From positions 1 through 64,000 of the IMG/VR virus record IMGVR_UViG_3300028581_000022: a stretch of DNA of 64,000 nt; one strand, written 5' to 3'. This DNA comes from a virus (taxonomy: Duplodnaviria; Heunggongvirae; Uroviricota; Caudoviricetes). The position numbers and the translations under genes are program-made. The notes beneath the pieces are model-generated. The model was given only the letters and a program-made list of their open reading frames with translations, had not been told where the DNA came from and did no database searches. Shown here in pieces: positions 54,885 to 64,000 of this stretch (the stretch's first letter is position 1; every line of letters begins with the position of its first letter).

Positions 54885-55282
54885 ATGGGAATATAAATAA
54901 AGCATCCAGATGCTATATTGGTGTTTGGGAAGACCAAGTGGTTGCTTTTGGAGCTACGCTTACATTACCTAATGGAAATATAAAAAATGGTTGGCGAGGA
55001 CACAGAACAGTTGTCTTGCCTGACTATCAAGGAATGGGTATTGGTGTTAGATTTTCTGACGCTATTGGTCAGATACATGTAGACCAAGGCCATAGATATT
55101 TTTCTAGAACTGCCCATCCAAGAATGGGGTTATACCGTTCAAGGTCTAAATTATGGAGACCAACCAGCAAGAACCGAGTTTTACGCACTGATATTAATCA
55201 TTTAAACATATTTAAAAACCACTACACGGATAATAAAAGAATATGTTTTTCACACGAGTATATTGGTTATGTGAGAATATGA
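54860..55282 (+). CDS. GNAT-family acetyltransferase-like protein
   Basis: RTVVLPDYQGMGIGVRFSDAIG matches the GNAT acetyl-CoA-binding motif (Q/R-x-x-G-x-G/A); overlaps upstream ATPase gene by 25 nt in another frame. Confidence 0.45.
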   Translation: MFKDHHYLDGNINKASRCYIGVWEDQVVAFGATLTLPNGNIKNGWRGHRTVVLPDYQGMGIGVRFSDAIGQIHVDQGHRYFSRTAHPRMGLYRSRSKLWRPTSKNRVLRTDINHLNIFKNHYTDNKRICFSHEYIGYVRI

Positions 55283-55376
55283 TTTAAACGCTCAATAATG
55301 TTTTCATCATATTTAATCACTATGCCGATAATAAACGTTTATGTGGTAGTTTTGAGTTTATAGGTGAGGTTAAAGT

Positions 55377-56717
55377 TTAAAAACTGTTTAATTTTTCATT
55401 TAACAATTTTTTAATGAGAACTTTAGTTTCATTAATTTCTTCATAAGGTATGATACTAACAACCCAATCTAAATTACCTATTTTACCTCTTTTAATTTCT
55501 TTAAATGTTGGGTTTTGTGATTTTATATTGCTTAACCTATTATCTAAATTACCAGAATCGTCAAACAATAAAGAAATTTTATATATTTTAACATTACCAG
55601 TTTTATACGATATTCTGTAGTTATTCATATCAACATTAATAGAGTTAATATCAATATAAACATTTTTGGTTTCTGAATTTAATTTATTTCTTAAATCATT
55701 GATATCAGTACCACTTATTTTTTGTGTTGTTTGATTAGTTATATTTGACGTGTTTTTATTATCAGAAGCAACAAAAAAGCTTTGTCTATATGTTATAACT
55801 TTACCATTTAAATTAAACGAAATATCAATTGGTTTACCAACTTGTTTAGCACCACCACCATAATAATTTTCTAATCTATCAATCAAACCAGTTATTTGGT
55901 TATCGTGTCTTTCAGCATATCTTGAACCTATTGAACCTCTGGTTGTAAAATGATTATATGCAATTCCATCTTGTGATTGTATAATATCACAAGATGCTTT
56001 GGTTATTATTTTATCACCTTGTATGTATGTTTTTACTTCTATATTAGAGACATCAGGTGTATTACCGTTTTGAATTTGATTGGTTAATTCATCTTCTATT
56101 CTTTTTTCAAAATCATCTTGTAATCTATTTGAACCTAAAGCACCATGAACTAAATCTAAATCTGGATTTGATATTGGTTGTGAAGCTTCAAAATTTACTT
56201 TAGATAATACTTTTTGGGTTTGTGTTTGTGTTTGTGTTGTTGGTGTTAAATTCATACCCTTGCTTACGTTAGGACTTCCCATTAAACCTAACCCTAAAGC
56301 AGCAGCAGCTATTGATTTTTTTATATTTTCATTAGTTTTTTCTTTTCCATTCTCCCATTTTTTCTTAGCTTCTTTTTCCATTTTTTCTATTCTATCATAG
56401 TAATCTGGAAATTCAGTAACGTGGTCCATTGCTATTTCAGTCGCTTTCTCTTTGTCATTGGTATGTTCTTTTTCAATCTCAATACCTTTTTTAATTTGAG
56501 ATTCAATTTTTTCAACTGATACGTTAAATTTTTTTGCTATGTCTTTAATAGACAACTTATCAGCTTTACCACCTTTGATTGAATTATTTTTTTCCACAGA
56601 TTCATTAGCATTTGCGTAAAGAGCAGCTAAATATTTATCTACCGAACCTTTGGTACAACCAACTTTGGCTCCAGTATCTTTTTTGTACACGCAATTTCCT
56701 TTAACTTTATAAGGCAT
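55377..56717 (-). CDS. hypothetical protein with conserved phage N-terminal domain and QTQTQTQ linker
   Basis: 446 aa; N-terminal LSIKDIAKKFNVSVEKIESQIKKGIEIEKEHTNDKEKATEIAMDHVTEFPDYYDRIEKME resembles a widespread phage domain of unknown function. Confidence 0.5.
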   Translation of the reverse strand: MPYKVKGNCVYKKDTGAKVGCTKGSVDKYLAALYANANESVEKNNSIKGGKADKLSIKDIAKKFNVSVEKIESQIKKGIEIEKEHTNDKEKATEIAMDHVTEFPDYYDRIEKMEKEAKKKWENGKEKTNENIKKSIAAAALGLGLMGSPNVSKGMNLTPTTQTQTQTQKVLSKVNFEASQPISNPDLDLVHGALGSNRLQDDFEKRIEDELTNQIQNGNTPDVSNIEVKTYIQGDKIITKASCDIIQSQDGIAYNHFTTRGSIGSRYAERHDNQITGLIDRLENYYGGGAKQVGKPIDISFNLNGKVITYRQSFFVASDNKNTSNITNQTTQKISGTDINDLRNKLNSETKNVYIDINSINVDMNNYRISYKTGNVKIYKISLLFDDSGNLDNRLSNIKSQNPTFKEIKRGKIGNLDWVVSIIPYEEINETKVLIKKLLNEKLNSF

Positions 56718-56733
56718 TTTATTAAAATTTTAA

Positions 56734-57615
56734 TTATGATTTACTTAAATTAAATCTGGTTGTTATTGTTTTTACAGTTGGTATTAGAATTTCTGATATA
56801 ATATTAACTATTTCTATCGCACTAAAAACAATACCTATTAATGGTTCTTTTTTACCAAAACCAATAAACCAGTTTAAAATTTCATCAACCCCTAAGTTAG
56901 ATGCCGCATCAGATATTAATTCTTTTAAACTATTAAAAATATTAACAATACTAGTAATGTTTGTAATTTGATTTTCTAATTGCTCTATTGCTAAATTTAA
57001 TAACTTATCCAACCAATTTTTTTTACACCATATTAACATTACTGTTAATCCAAGCATTGTTACAAAACCAACCCAACCTTTTGAATTTAAAAATTTATTA
57101 CCATATTCTAATATTTTATCTAAAAAAATTGTTAATTTGTCAGTAAACCCTTTAATTTTAAAACCTAATTTAGTTAAAATATTATTAATTAATTTTTTAA
57201 TCTCAACTATTGTTTCATTAAGATTTTTTTTAACATTTTCAATAGCTTCTTCCATTAATTTTGGGTCTAATAAAATATTTTTAAATAATATAGCCAATTC
57301 TTTTGTGTCTTTAATTGTTTTAATAAGTTGTAAAGATTTTTCTTTACCTTTTTGAACAACACTACCTAAATAACTATTGATAGAATCAATCATATTTTCA
57401 ACTATAATTTGTTGTTCGATAACTGTTTGTTTATAAGAAAATAAATTATTTTCAAATAAAGATTTATCAACACCTAAAATAGTAGTAACATAATAATCAT
57501 CTTCTATAAGCAATAAAGAATGTTCTGACAATAATTTTTTTTTATTATGTAAGTATAATTCTTCTCTTAAAATTTGTTTTGTACTATACATAAATCTCTG
57601 GGTGTAGTCTACCAT
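56734..57615 (-). CDS. hypothetical membrane protein
   Basis: 293 aa; TM segment GWVGFVTMLGLTVMLIWC. Confidence 0.5.
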   Translation of the reverse strand: MVDYTQRFMYSTKQILREELYLHNKKKLLSEHSLLLIEDDYYVTTILGVDKSLFENNLFSYKQTVIEQQIIVENMIDSINSYLGSVVQKGKEKSLQLIKTIKDTKELAILFKNILLDPKLMEEAIENVKKNLNETIVEIKKLINNILTKLGFKIKGFTDKLTIFLDKILEYGNKFLNSKGWVGFVTMLGLTVMLIWCKKNWLDKLLNLAIEQLENQITNITSIVNIFNSLKELISDAASNLGVDEILNWFIGFGKKEPLIGIVFSAIEIVNIISEILIPTVKTITTRFNLSKS

Positions 57616-58330
57616 ATTTTCTAATTATGATACCAGCAACAGCATTTGCTTCGTTTTCAATTGGGCTCCCATCTTCACCATCTATAACAGCGTCTTTAAG
57701 TTTTCCATCTAAATTCTGTTTATGATGTACCAATTCATGTGCTATAGAACGACACACATCGATTATTGCTCTGTCTTTGACATAAACTACAAGAAAACCA
57801 GTTGAATTGTAATACGCAGTTGTTTTTAAATCTGGAGTTCTCTCAAAAGCTAGTTTAACTTGTACACCATCATTTATCCCTAAAAACTCATTAGCAAAGT
57901 TTGTAAAGTCAGCTACTATTCTAATAGCTGACTCTTCTTTTGTCATAAGAGCTTCTCTAAGAAGTTTTTTTATAATTGGTTTCATGTTTTCATTTAATTT
58001 AGGGTATCTTATCATTGAATCCATGAATTCAAAGTTTTTGTATATGCCTTTATTATGTTTAAAACCGAAACGTTTATAAAATTGAATAAGTCTGTTTTTA
58101 TTTCCACCAAAATCAGAAGAAGGTGTTAGTGTCACTATTTGTTTATTTCTGTCAGCATAATTAACTATTGCTTGCATAATTTTAGTACCCACACCACCTT
58201 GTCTAGCTTCTGGTTTTAAAACTATTCTACTAATTTTTAAACTGGTTCTATTTTCATAAATATCCAATCCGTCTAGATAATCACTGTAAAGTTTTTTAAT
58301 TTCATCTTCAATCATAATTATAAATATCAA
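57584..58330 (-). CDS. GNAT acetyltransferase-like domain fused to HExxH metallopeptidase motif
   Basis: N-terminal ARQGGVGTKIMQAIVNYA (GNAT motif); C-terminal SIAHELVHHKQ (HExxH). Confidence 0.5.
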   Translation of the reverse strand: MIFIIMIEDEIKKLYSDYLDGLDIYENRTSLKISRIVLKPEARQGGVGTKIMQAIVNYADRNKQIVTLTPSSDFGGNKNRLIQFYKRFGFKHNKGIYKNFEFMDSMIRYPKLNENMKPIIKKLLREALMTKEESAIRIVADFTNFANEFLGINDGVQVKLAFERTPDLKTTAYYNSTGFLVVYVKDRAIIDVCRSIAHELVHHKQNLDGKLKDAVIDGEDGSPIENEANAVAGIIIRKYGRLHPEIYV

Positions 58331-58333
58331 AAA

Positions 58334-58360
58334 GGCCCCAAAAAGGGGCCTTTATTATTT
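58334..58360. terminator. bidirectional intrinsic terminator
   Basis: GGCCCC-aaaaa-GGGGCC + TTTATTATTT. Confidence 0.55.
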
Positions 58361-58361
58361 A

Positions 58362-60161
58362 TTTAGATTTAGATTTACTACCCTTTATTATTATGGCTTC
58401 TTTTTCTTTAATAAAATCTATACTAATTGTTTCACCTTCTTTTATGTTTCCATTTAAAATTTCATCAGCAACAGCATCTTCCACATAATGTTGAATGGCT
58501 CTGGCTAATGGTCTAGCACCATAAGCTTCATCATATCCTTGTTTAGCCAAGTATTCAACCGCTTCTTTGCTTATTTTTAATTTGAAGTTCATTTCATTCA
58601 AACGTTTTTCTAAGCTTTCAACTTCAAGATATATGATTTTATGTATATCTTCTTCTGTTAGTCCTCTGAATATTATAGCCTCATCAATACGATTTAAGAA
58701 TTCTGGTCTGAACTTCTTTTTTAAAGCCTTTTCAATTATCTCACGTGCTTTGTTTTCTTCATTAACAATAGTCGCAGCCGTTTCAAACCCTAAGCTCTTT
58801 CCAAAAGAATTAACTTCTTTAACACCAATATTTGATGTCATGATAATAAGAGCGTTTTTAAAGTTTACTTTACGACCTAAACCATCAGTTAGTTGACCTT
58901 CATCTAATAATTGAAGTAACAGGTTGAAAACGTCTTCATGTGCTTTTTCTATTTCATCAAATAAGATTACGCAGTGTGGTTTTCTTCTTACTTTTTCAGT
59001 TAGTTGACCACCTTGTTCGTAGCCAACGTAACCTGGAGGCGCACCAACCATTCTGGATACTGAGTGTTTTTCCATATATTCAGACATATCCATTCTTACA
59101 AGCGCATCAACATCACCATAAACATGTTCAGCCAATAATTTAGCTAATAAAGTTTTACCTACCCCGCTTGAACCAAGGAACATGAAAGAACCAACTGGTT
59201 TATTTTTATTTTTGATACCGATACGATTACGCTTTATAGCTTTTACGACTTTAGTAACGGCAGCATCTTGTCCTATAACTTTACCAGTAAGTTCTTTATC
59301 CAAGTTCATTAGTCTTTTGCTTTCCTGTGTTGATATTTTTGTCAAAGGTATACCAGTCATCATTGAAACCACTTCAGAGATTAGTTCTACACCAACCACA
59401 GTTGTTTTTTTCTCTAGAGTTGCATTCCAATCATCCATAGCCGATTGAAGTTGCTCTAGAATTTTTCTTTCTTCATCTCTAAGTTTGGCAGCTTCTTCGT
59501 ACTTTTGTTTTAAAACCACCTCTTTTTTCTTTTCTAAGATTTGGCTTTTCTTGATTTCTAATTCTTTAATTTTTTCTGGTTTTTCCAACACAACATTTGT
59601 TGTTGCACCAGCTTCATCCAAAACATCAATTGCTTTATCTGGCATCGACCTATCCATGATATATCTAGCTGATAATTTAACACATTCGTCAATTGCTTCT
59701 TCAGTATAAGTTACTTTATGGTGTTTTTCATACTTTTCTTTGATATTCATTAGAATTGTTTTGGTTTCTTCTAATGTTGGCTCTTCTACCAATACTTGTT
59801 GAAAACGTCTTGTAAGTGCTCCATCTTTTTCAATATTCTCACGATATTCATCCAATGTTGTGGCACCAATGATTTGTATTTCTCCACGAGCCAAGGCTGG
59901 TTTAAATATATTTGAAGCATCTAATGAGCCAGAAGCGTTTCCAGCTCCAACAATCGTATGTAGTTCATCAATAAAAAGAACTATGTCTGGGTTTGCTTTG
60001 CACTCTTCCAAAACAGCTTTCATTCTTTCCTCAAATTGGCCACGATATTTTGTACCAGCAACAATTGATGCTAAATCTAACGTGAATATTCTTTTGTTTA
60101 TTAGTGTTCTAGGTGCGTCACCATCTTTAATAAGTTGGGCCAGACCTTCAACAATTGATGT
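58362..60161 (-). CDS. ClpC/ClpB-like AAA+ chaperone, C-extein portion (D1 after Walker A, short M-domain, D2)
   Basis: TSIVEGLAQLI..FIDELHTIVGAG (D1 Walker B), FMFLGSSGVGKTLLAKLLA (D2 Walker A), ILFDEIEKAH, GARPLARAIQ sensor 2; part of ORF 58359..60563. Confidence 0.85.
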
Positions 60162-60563
60162 GTTGTGTGATAAAATTCCATTTGTGAAATAACGTCTGTT
60201 GGAATTTTCATTTAATTGAAAATCATACATAATTTCTTTATAACCCAAATTGTTTACTTCTAAAACCTCAGATTCTACTAAATTGCCATTATTATCAGAT
60301 ACCATAACGAACGAACCTATTTTTAGGTCTTTAACAAATATTTCAGTTAAACCAACTGCTTCAAAAGTAGTTTCATCATATTCAGTAACAAATACAATAT
60401 GATTATCAGCACATTTAAGTTCTTTTCCATCAGCTAATTTTAAATGGTATACTTCATAAAGAATTGTTTCATGTAATTTATCAATTTTTTTAAAACCAGT
60501 ATCAGTAAGAATACTAAAATTATTAATATTCCACGTTTTTGTAAATTTTTTTAATGTTTCCAT
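60162..60563 (-). other. intein C-terminal fragment (IntC, 134 aa, begins with Met) of split mini-intein
   Basis: KCADNHIVF (block B-like), MYDFQLNENSNRRYFTNGILSHN (blocks F and G ending His-Asn) immediately followed by extein Thr-Ser-Ile-Val-Glu-Gly-Leu-Ala. Confidence 0.75.
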
Positions 60564-60586
60564 TGTTATTATTGTTATTATTGTTA

Positions 60587-60676
60587 TTTGTTATTTAAAA
60601 ATTCATTTAAACTAATTTTAATAACTTCACCAGTTATATCGTTTCTAATAACTATATTAGTATCAGAACAAATACA
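60587..60676 (-). other. intein N-terminal fragment (IntN, 30 aa) of split mini-intein
   Basis: [30 protein letters not shown] follows GEPGVGK Walker A; block-A-like Cys start; then stop codon and a 20-nt TAA-rich linker before IntC ORF. Confidence 0.7.
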
Positions 60677-61378
60677 CTTACCCACTCCAGGTTCACCAAT
60701 CAAAACAGGGTTGTTTTTTTTCCTTCTGGATAATATTTGTGAAACTCTTTTAATTTGAACAGAACGGCCAGTTACTGGGTCTATTTCGCCTTTTTCAACA
60801 GCTTTAGATACATCTCTACAGAAGTTATCTAAAACTGGTGTTTTACTTTTGTTGTCACTTTGCTTTGATTTCTTTTTAAATGATTCACTTTCATCATTAA
60901 TATTTTCGTTTTCGTATACACTGTTGGTTTCATCTTTCATATTTTTTATAACATTTTTAAAATTATCGTATGTAACATCATAAAATTCGTTTAACATTTC
61001 ACTTATATTGTTCTTTTTAGCTAAAATGGCCAACATGATGTGTATTGTATCAATCATATTGTCATTTAATTTTTCACATTCTTCGTCCAAAGACTTTATT
61101 AAAGCTTTTGTTTCATCTGAAAACGGAACAGTTTTTTTATGGTAAACAACAACTCTTGGGGTTATATCACTTCTTTTGAGATGGTCTGACAATCTATCAT
61201 ATAGTTCTGAAGTATTGACTTTTAACGCTTTAAGTACCTTAACACATTCATTATCATTATCCATCAAGATAGAAAGAACCAAATACTCTGGCCTAACTTT
61301 TGAATCATTAAACGATTTCGCCTCTTTAATAGACTCGTTAATTATAATTTTAACTTTTGGGTATACTTCTCTGTTCAT
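60677..61378 (-). CDS. ClpC/ClpB-like AAA+ chaperone, N-extein portion (Clp_N repeats up to Walker A GEPGVGK)
   Basis: [55 protein letters not shown], near-identical in pattern to ClpC/ClpB D1 entry; part of ORF 60584..61378. Confidence 0.85.
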
Positions 61379-61474
61379 CTTCTTAGGCTTTTAGCAAAGG
61401 TACTAAATTATTTTTATTTTTACAACACTTGACTCTATTAATAAATATTAGTATTTTTGCTCAAAATGTAAACA

Positions 61475-61699
61475 ATGACAGCTCCAAAATTTGGAAAGGT
61501 CGAACTCCTTATAAAGTCTGACCAAAAAAATTCCATGTCAAATGTAAAATTAACATTTAATGATTGTGGTTTGATGATTACTGGTGATTACATTATCGTA
61601 ATAATAGATGAACGTGATGAAATAAACGGAACATTAACTAGCACTGGTAAAATATTTCCACTAAAAGATGTTGAGGCTTACAAAACACATGCACAATAA
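61475..61699 (+). CDS. hypothetical protein
   Basis: 74 aa. Confidence 0.4.
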   Translation: MTAPKFGKVELLIKSDQKNSMSNVKLTFNDCGLMITGDYIIVIIDERDEINGTLTSTGKIFPLKDVEAYKTHAQ

Positions 61700-61722
61700 C
61701 AAATAAAATAAAATAAAACAAA

Positions 61723-62175
61723 ATGATTCTTAAAAGACAAGAAAAAAACGGAAAAATTAAAGCAATGTATTCATCATCAACCATTTGTGGTTCAGTTTAT
61801 GATACTGCTACTAAAGATTTAACAGTTGTTTTTAACAATGGTGGGCAATATAAGTACCCAAATGTTGAGGCGACTGATTATATGAGGTTAGAAACGTCTG
61901 ACAGTAATGGAACTGCTTTTAGCACCCATATAAAAAATAAATACACTGCTTTTGAAAAACTTGATAAATTGTCTGACGCTGCTTTATCTATGATTATAAA
62001 AGAAGTTGATGAATTAAAAACAGCTGAAAAAACAGTAAGTATTGAGGATACAACCAAGTTAATGATGGAATCAATTATAAATGTTTTAAGTAGTTATATT
62101 AGTTCTGGAAATGTCAATGATGATTTAGTTAGTATATTACAGACTAAAATAAGTGATTATCAAAAATTAAAGTAA
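61723..62175 (+). CDS. KTSC-domain protein
   Basis: STICGSVYDTATKDLTVVFNNGGQYKYPNVEATDYMRLETSDSNGTAFSTHIKNKY matches the KTSC-domain pattern. Confidence 0.55.
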   Translation: MILKRQEKNGKIKAMYSSSTICGSVYDTATKDLTVVFNNGGQYKYPNVEATDYMRLETSDSNGTAFSTHIKNKYTAFEKLDKLSDAALSMIIKEVDELKTAEKTVSIEDTTKLMMESIINVLSSYISSGNVNDDLVSILQTKISDYQKLK

Positions 62176-62192
62176 AACCTTAATTTTTAAAT

Positions 62193-62516
62193 ATGAATAA
62201 CGTTATTGATGAGGTCTATAAAAAATACACCGACAAGTATATTGGATATGAAGATGTTCCAATAAAAGAACTTTTTATTCATGAAATTAAAACCAATCGA
62301 GAGTTCTCTGAAAAGTGGGGGTTAAAGATTGAAGAAAGAGAATTGAGTTTGGAAGAGAGGTACCATCTATGGTTTAATAATAATTATGAAACAGGTATGG
62401 AAAGATACTTTCACTCAAACAATATTCCAAACTTTGATAACCAATATTATACACCAACACCAACCAAACTAATAACAATAACATACAAAGATACAAAAAT
62501 AGAAAATTATGAATAA
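62193..62516 (+). CDS. hypothetical protein
   Basis: 107 aa. Confidence 0.45.
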   Translation: MNNVIDEVYKKYTDKYIGYEDVPIKELFIHEIKTNREFSEKWGLKIEERELSLEERYHLWFNNNYETGMERYFHSNNIPNFDNQYYTPTPTKLITITYKDTKIENYE

Positions 62517-62664
62517 CGAAACAAAAATAAAACTACAACAGGAACTAATTGACCTGTATGAACAGCAAATCATGGACTTAACAATGATGTCTAAGATTGA
62601 ATTGGGTGATGATGTAATTACAGAAATTAAACGATTAAAAGGATTGATAAATGAATCACAATAA
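62509..62664 (+). CDS. hypothetical small protein (51 aa)
   Basis: ATG 62509 overlapping previous gene end; below track threshold. Confidence 0.3.
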   Translation: MNNETKIKLQQELIDLYEQQIMDLTMMSKIELGDDVITEIKRLKGLINESQ

Positions 62665-63043
62665 AGTAAACGAAGCTGGATATAATGAAGCAACTAAATT
62701 TGGACCTTCAGAAAATAATCCACTGAAAAATATACACATACAACAAGTAGACTTCAGCAATCCAAATGCTGATAAAATCAATACAGGAACTACAAATAAA
62801 CTGTCATTCAAAGCAAAAGCACAAGAGTTAGTTGATAAAATGTATTTCTCAAGAAGATACAAAGAAGGTGAGGATTATGTACCTCACCAAGCATTGGCTC
62901 ATGCTAAGCAGTGTGCTTATATAGCAGTTGAGGAAATACTATCTATGAGTATAATGAATGAGTATGGGTTAGAATTTACCAAACAATATTGGGAAAAGAT
63001 AAGAAGAGAATTAATAATATTAATAGGAACAGATGGAAAATAG
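62651..63043 (+). CDS. hypothetical protein with VDFSNPNADKINTGTTNK motif (paralog of 11005..11931 segment)
   Basis: shared 18-aa motif with distal ORF. Confidence 0.5.
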   Translation: MNHNKVNEAGYNEATKFGPSENNPLKNIHIQQVDFSNPNADKINTGTTNKLSFKAKAQELVDKMYFSRRYKEGEDYVPHQALAHAKQCAYIAVEEILSMSIMNEYGLEFTKQYWEKIRRELIILIGTDGK

Positions 63044-63455
63044 AAAAACAGCAATGCAAGAATTATTTGATAATCTAGAATCAATTGATATAACTGTACC
63101 AATTGGAGTTAAAAAAATATTCCTTGAAAAAGAGAAAGAACAGATAGCAGATGCTTTCTACTCAGGTTATGAGGATAGAGATTTATTTCAACACGGACAT
63201 GATTACTACGATAAAATGTATGAACGTAACGGTTGGCGAGGAATTCTGTATCTAGGAGAAGTTGATGATGTAAAGATATACTACGATAGTTATCATCCTG
63301 AGATGACTTTAACGGTAGAATTAAATGATGATAAAACGGAAATGGTTTATATCATTAGTCCTTATGATGATATTGCAGTATTTGATGGGATTAGAAAAAA
63401 TATAATTGTATCTGAAAAACCGATTACATTAGAAAAAATAATTACAAATGATTGA
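63033..63455 (+). CDS. hypothetical protein (paralog of 11921..12475 N-terminus)
   Basis: MENRKTAMQELFDNLESI vs METKQTAMQQLINEIVEHL. Confidence 0.5.
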   Translation: MENRKTAMQELFDNLESIDITVPIGVKKIFLEKEKEQIADAFYSGYEDRDLFQHGHDYYDKMYERNGWRGILYLGEVDDVKIYYDSYHPEMTLTVELNDDKTEMVYIISPYDDIAVFDGIRKNIIVSEKPITLEKIITND

Positions 63456-63651
63456 CAAAAAATACGATTTAAAAGGTGAAGAGTTTATCAAACCTATATC
63501 ACCAACTTATTCAATTCCAATTTATGAAAATGGTATTAAAACCGAATGGTCTGTTGATGGTATTGTAGGCGATGAAAAATATTTTAAATTATTAGCATTA
63601 GGTAATGGTAAAGATTTACCTGATATGATTAATACAAACACAAAGAAATAA
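63448..63651 (+). CDS. hypothetical protein
   Basis: 67 aa, overlapping operon. Confidence 0.4.
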   Translation: MIDKKYDLKGEEFIKPISPTYSIPIYENGIKTEWSVDGIVGDEKYFKLLALGNGKDLPDMINTNTKK

Positions 63652-63653
63652 TA

Positions 63654-63869
63654 ATGGATAACATAGATAAACTAATACAAGAAGGTGAAGCTCATCTTAA
63701 ACATTATGAAGAAACAAAAGAATCTTTGTTGTCTGACCCCGATATACCAGCTAAGATAAAAGAAATTCACATCGGTCTTGGAGAAGCTTTGAGTCCAATA
63801 CTAAAATTATTATACGAACAAAAAGAAAATAATAAATTGAAAAATGTCAAAAATGAACAACCTAGATAA
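63654..63869 (+). CDS. hypothetical protein
   Basis: 71 aa. Confidence 0.4.
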   Translation: MDNIDKLIQEGEAHLKHYEETKESLLSDPDIPAKIKEIHIGLGEALSPILKLLYEQKENNKLKNVKNEQPR

Positions 63870-64000
63870 ACAATATTTAGCACTCTGTCAAGACATTCTT
63901 GATAATGGAACCAAAAAACAAACAAGAAATGGTGAGACCATATCTGTATTCGGTAGACAGATAAGACATTCTATGAAAGATGGCTTTCCACTTCTTACCA
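63848..64000 (+). CDS. thyA: thymidylate synthase, 5' partial (runs off window)
   Basis: [52 protein letters not shown] matches ThyA N-terminus (..YLDL..IL..G....DRTGTGT.S.FG.QMRF.L.DGFPLLTTK). Confidence 0.8.

Noticed and set aside
60563-60587. Translational bypassing (T4 gene 60-style hop) across the TAA-rich gap instead of a split intein
   Set aside because: IntC begins with its own Met in a different frame after five in-frame stops. The flanking protein sequence is a textbook intein (Cys1 .. His-Asn + Thr). Trans-splicing of two polypeptides is the simpler explanation.

Overview
The window is AT-rich (~30% GC), densely packed, phage-like DNA carrying Bacteroidetes-type promoters (-33 TTTG / -7 TAnnTTTG). 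I found no capsid, terminase or tail genes, so I read it as the early/accessory arm of a large (pro)phage.

1. 1-4.2 kb: small genes separated by GC-richer structured spacers. Each spacer starts with a recurring TAACGGWT motif.
2. 4.9-5.8 kb: a tyrosine recombinase.
3. 5.7-38.6 kb: about 80 short genes, nearly all on the + strand. Most are preceded individually by an almost identical ~40-bp promoter (AAATTTGGTAGTATCAAAAATTTGTTTATCTTTGCAGTA, at least 45 copies).
   - Three HNH homing-endonuclease paralogs are inserted antisense and flanked by duplicated ends of their target genes.
   - An origin-like hub at 13.2-14.3 kb holds palindromic operators, iterons, DnaA-like boxes and leftward copies of the promoter.
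   - Two promoter-driven noncoding loci are present: a GC-rich ~630-nt locus at 27.0-27.6 kb, and a pair of homologous ~65-nt sRNAs.
   - A promoter-driven tRNA-like element sits at 9.55 kb.
4. 38.65-43.75 kb: an island of foreign composition. It begins with poly-C tracts and 52-bp tandem repeats. It encodes an ImmA/IrrE-like HExxH protein and a 460-aa protein, and convergent to them a two-gene operon: a Pol-beta-superfamily nucleotidyltransferase (GS..DxD) plus an unknown 255-aa partner.
5. 43.8-64 kb: an operon-organised accessory block.
   - GT2 and GT9-like glycosyltransferases, a metallophosphoesterase, thioredoxin, an LRR protein, a P-loop/GNAT pair and a GNAT-HExxH fusion.
   - A ClpC-like AAA+ chaperone split into two ORFs by an atypically split mini-intein in its Walker-A loop.
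   - The 5' end of thyA.

The most unusual items are the split-intein Clp gene, the nucleotidyltransferase island, the GC-rich ncRNA locus and sRNA pair, and the HNH cassettes with target duplications.
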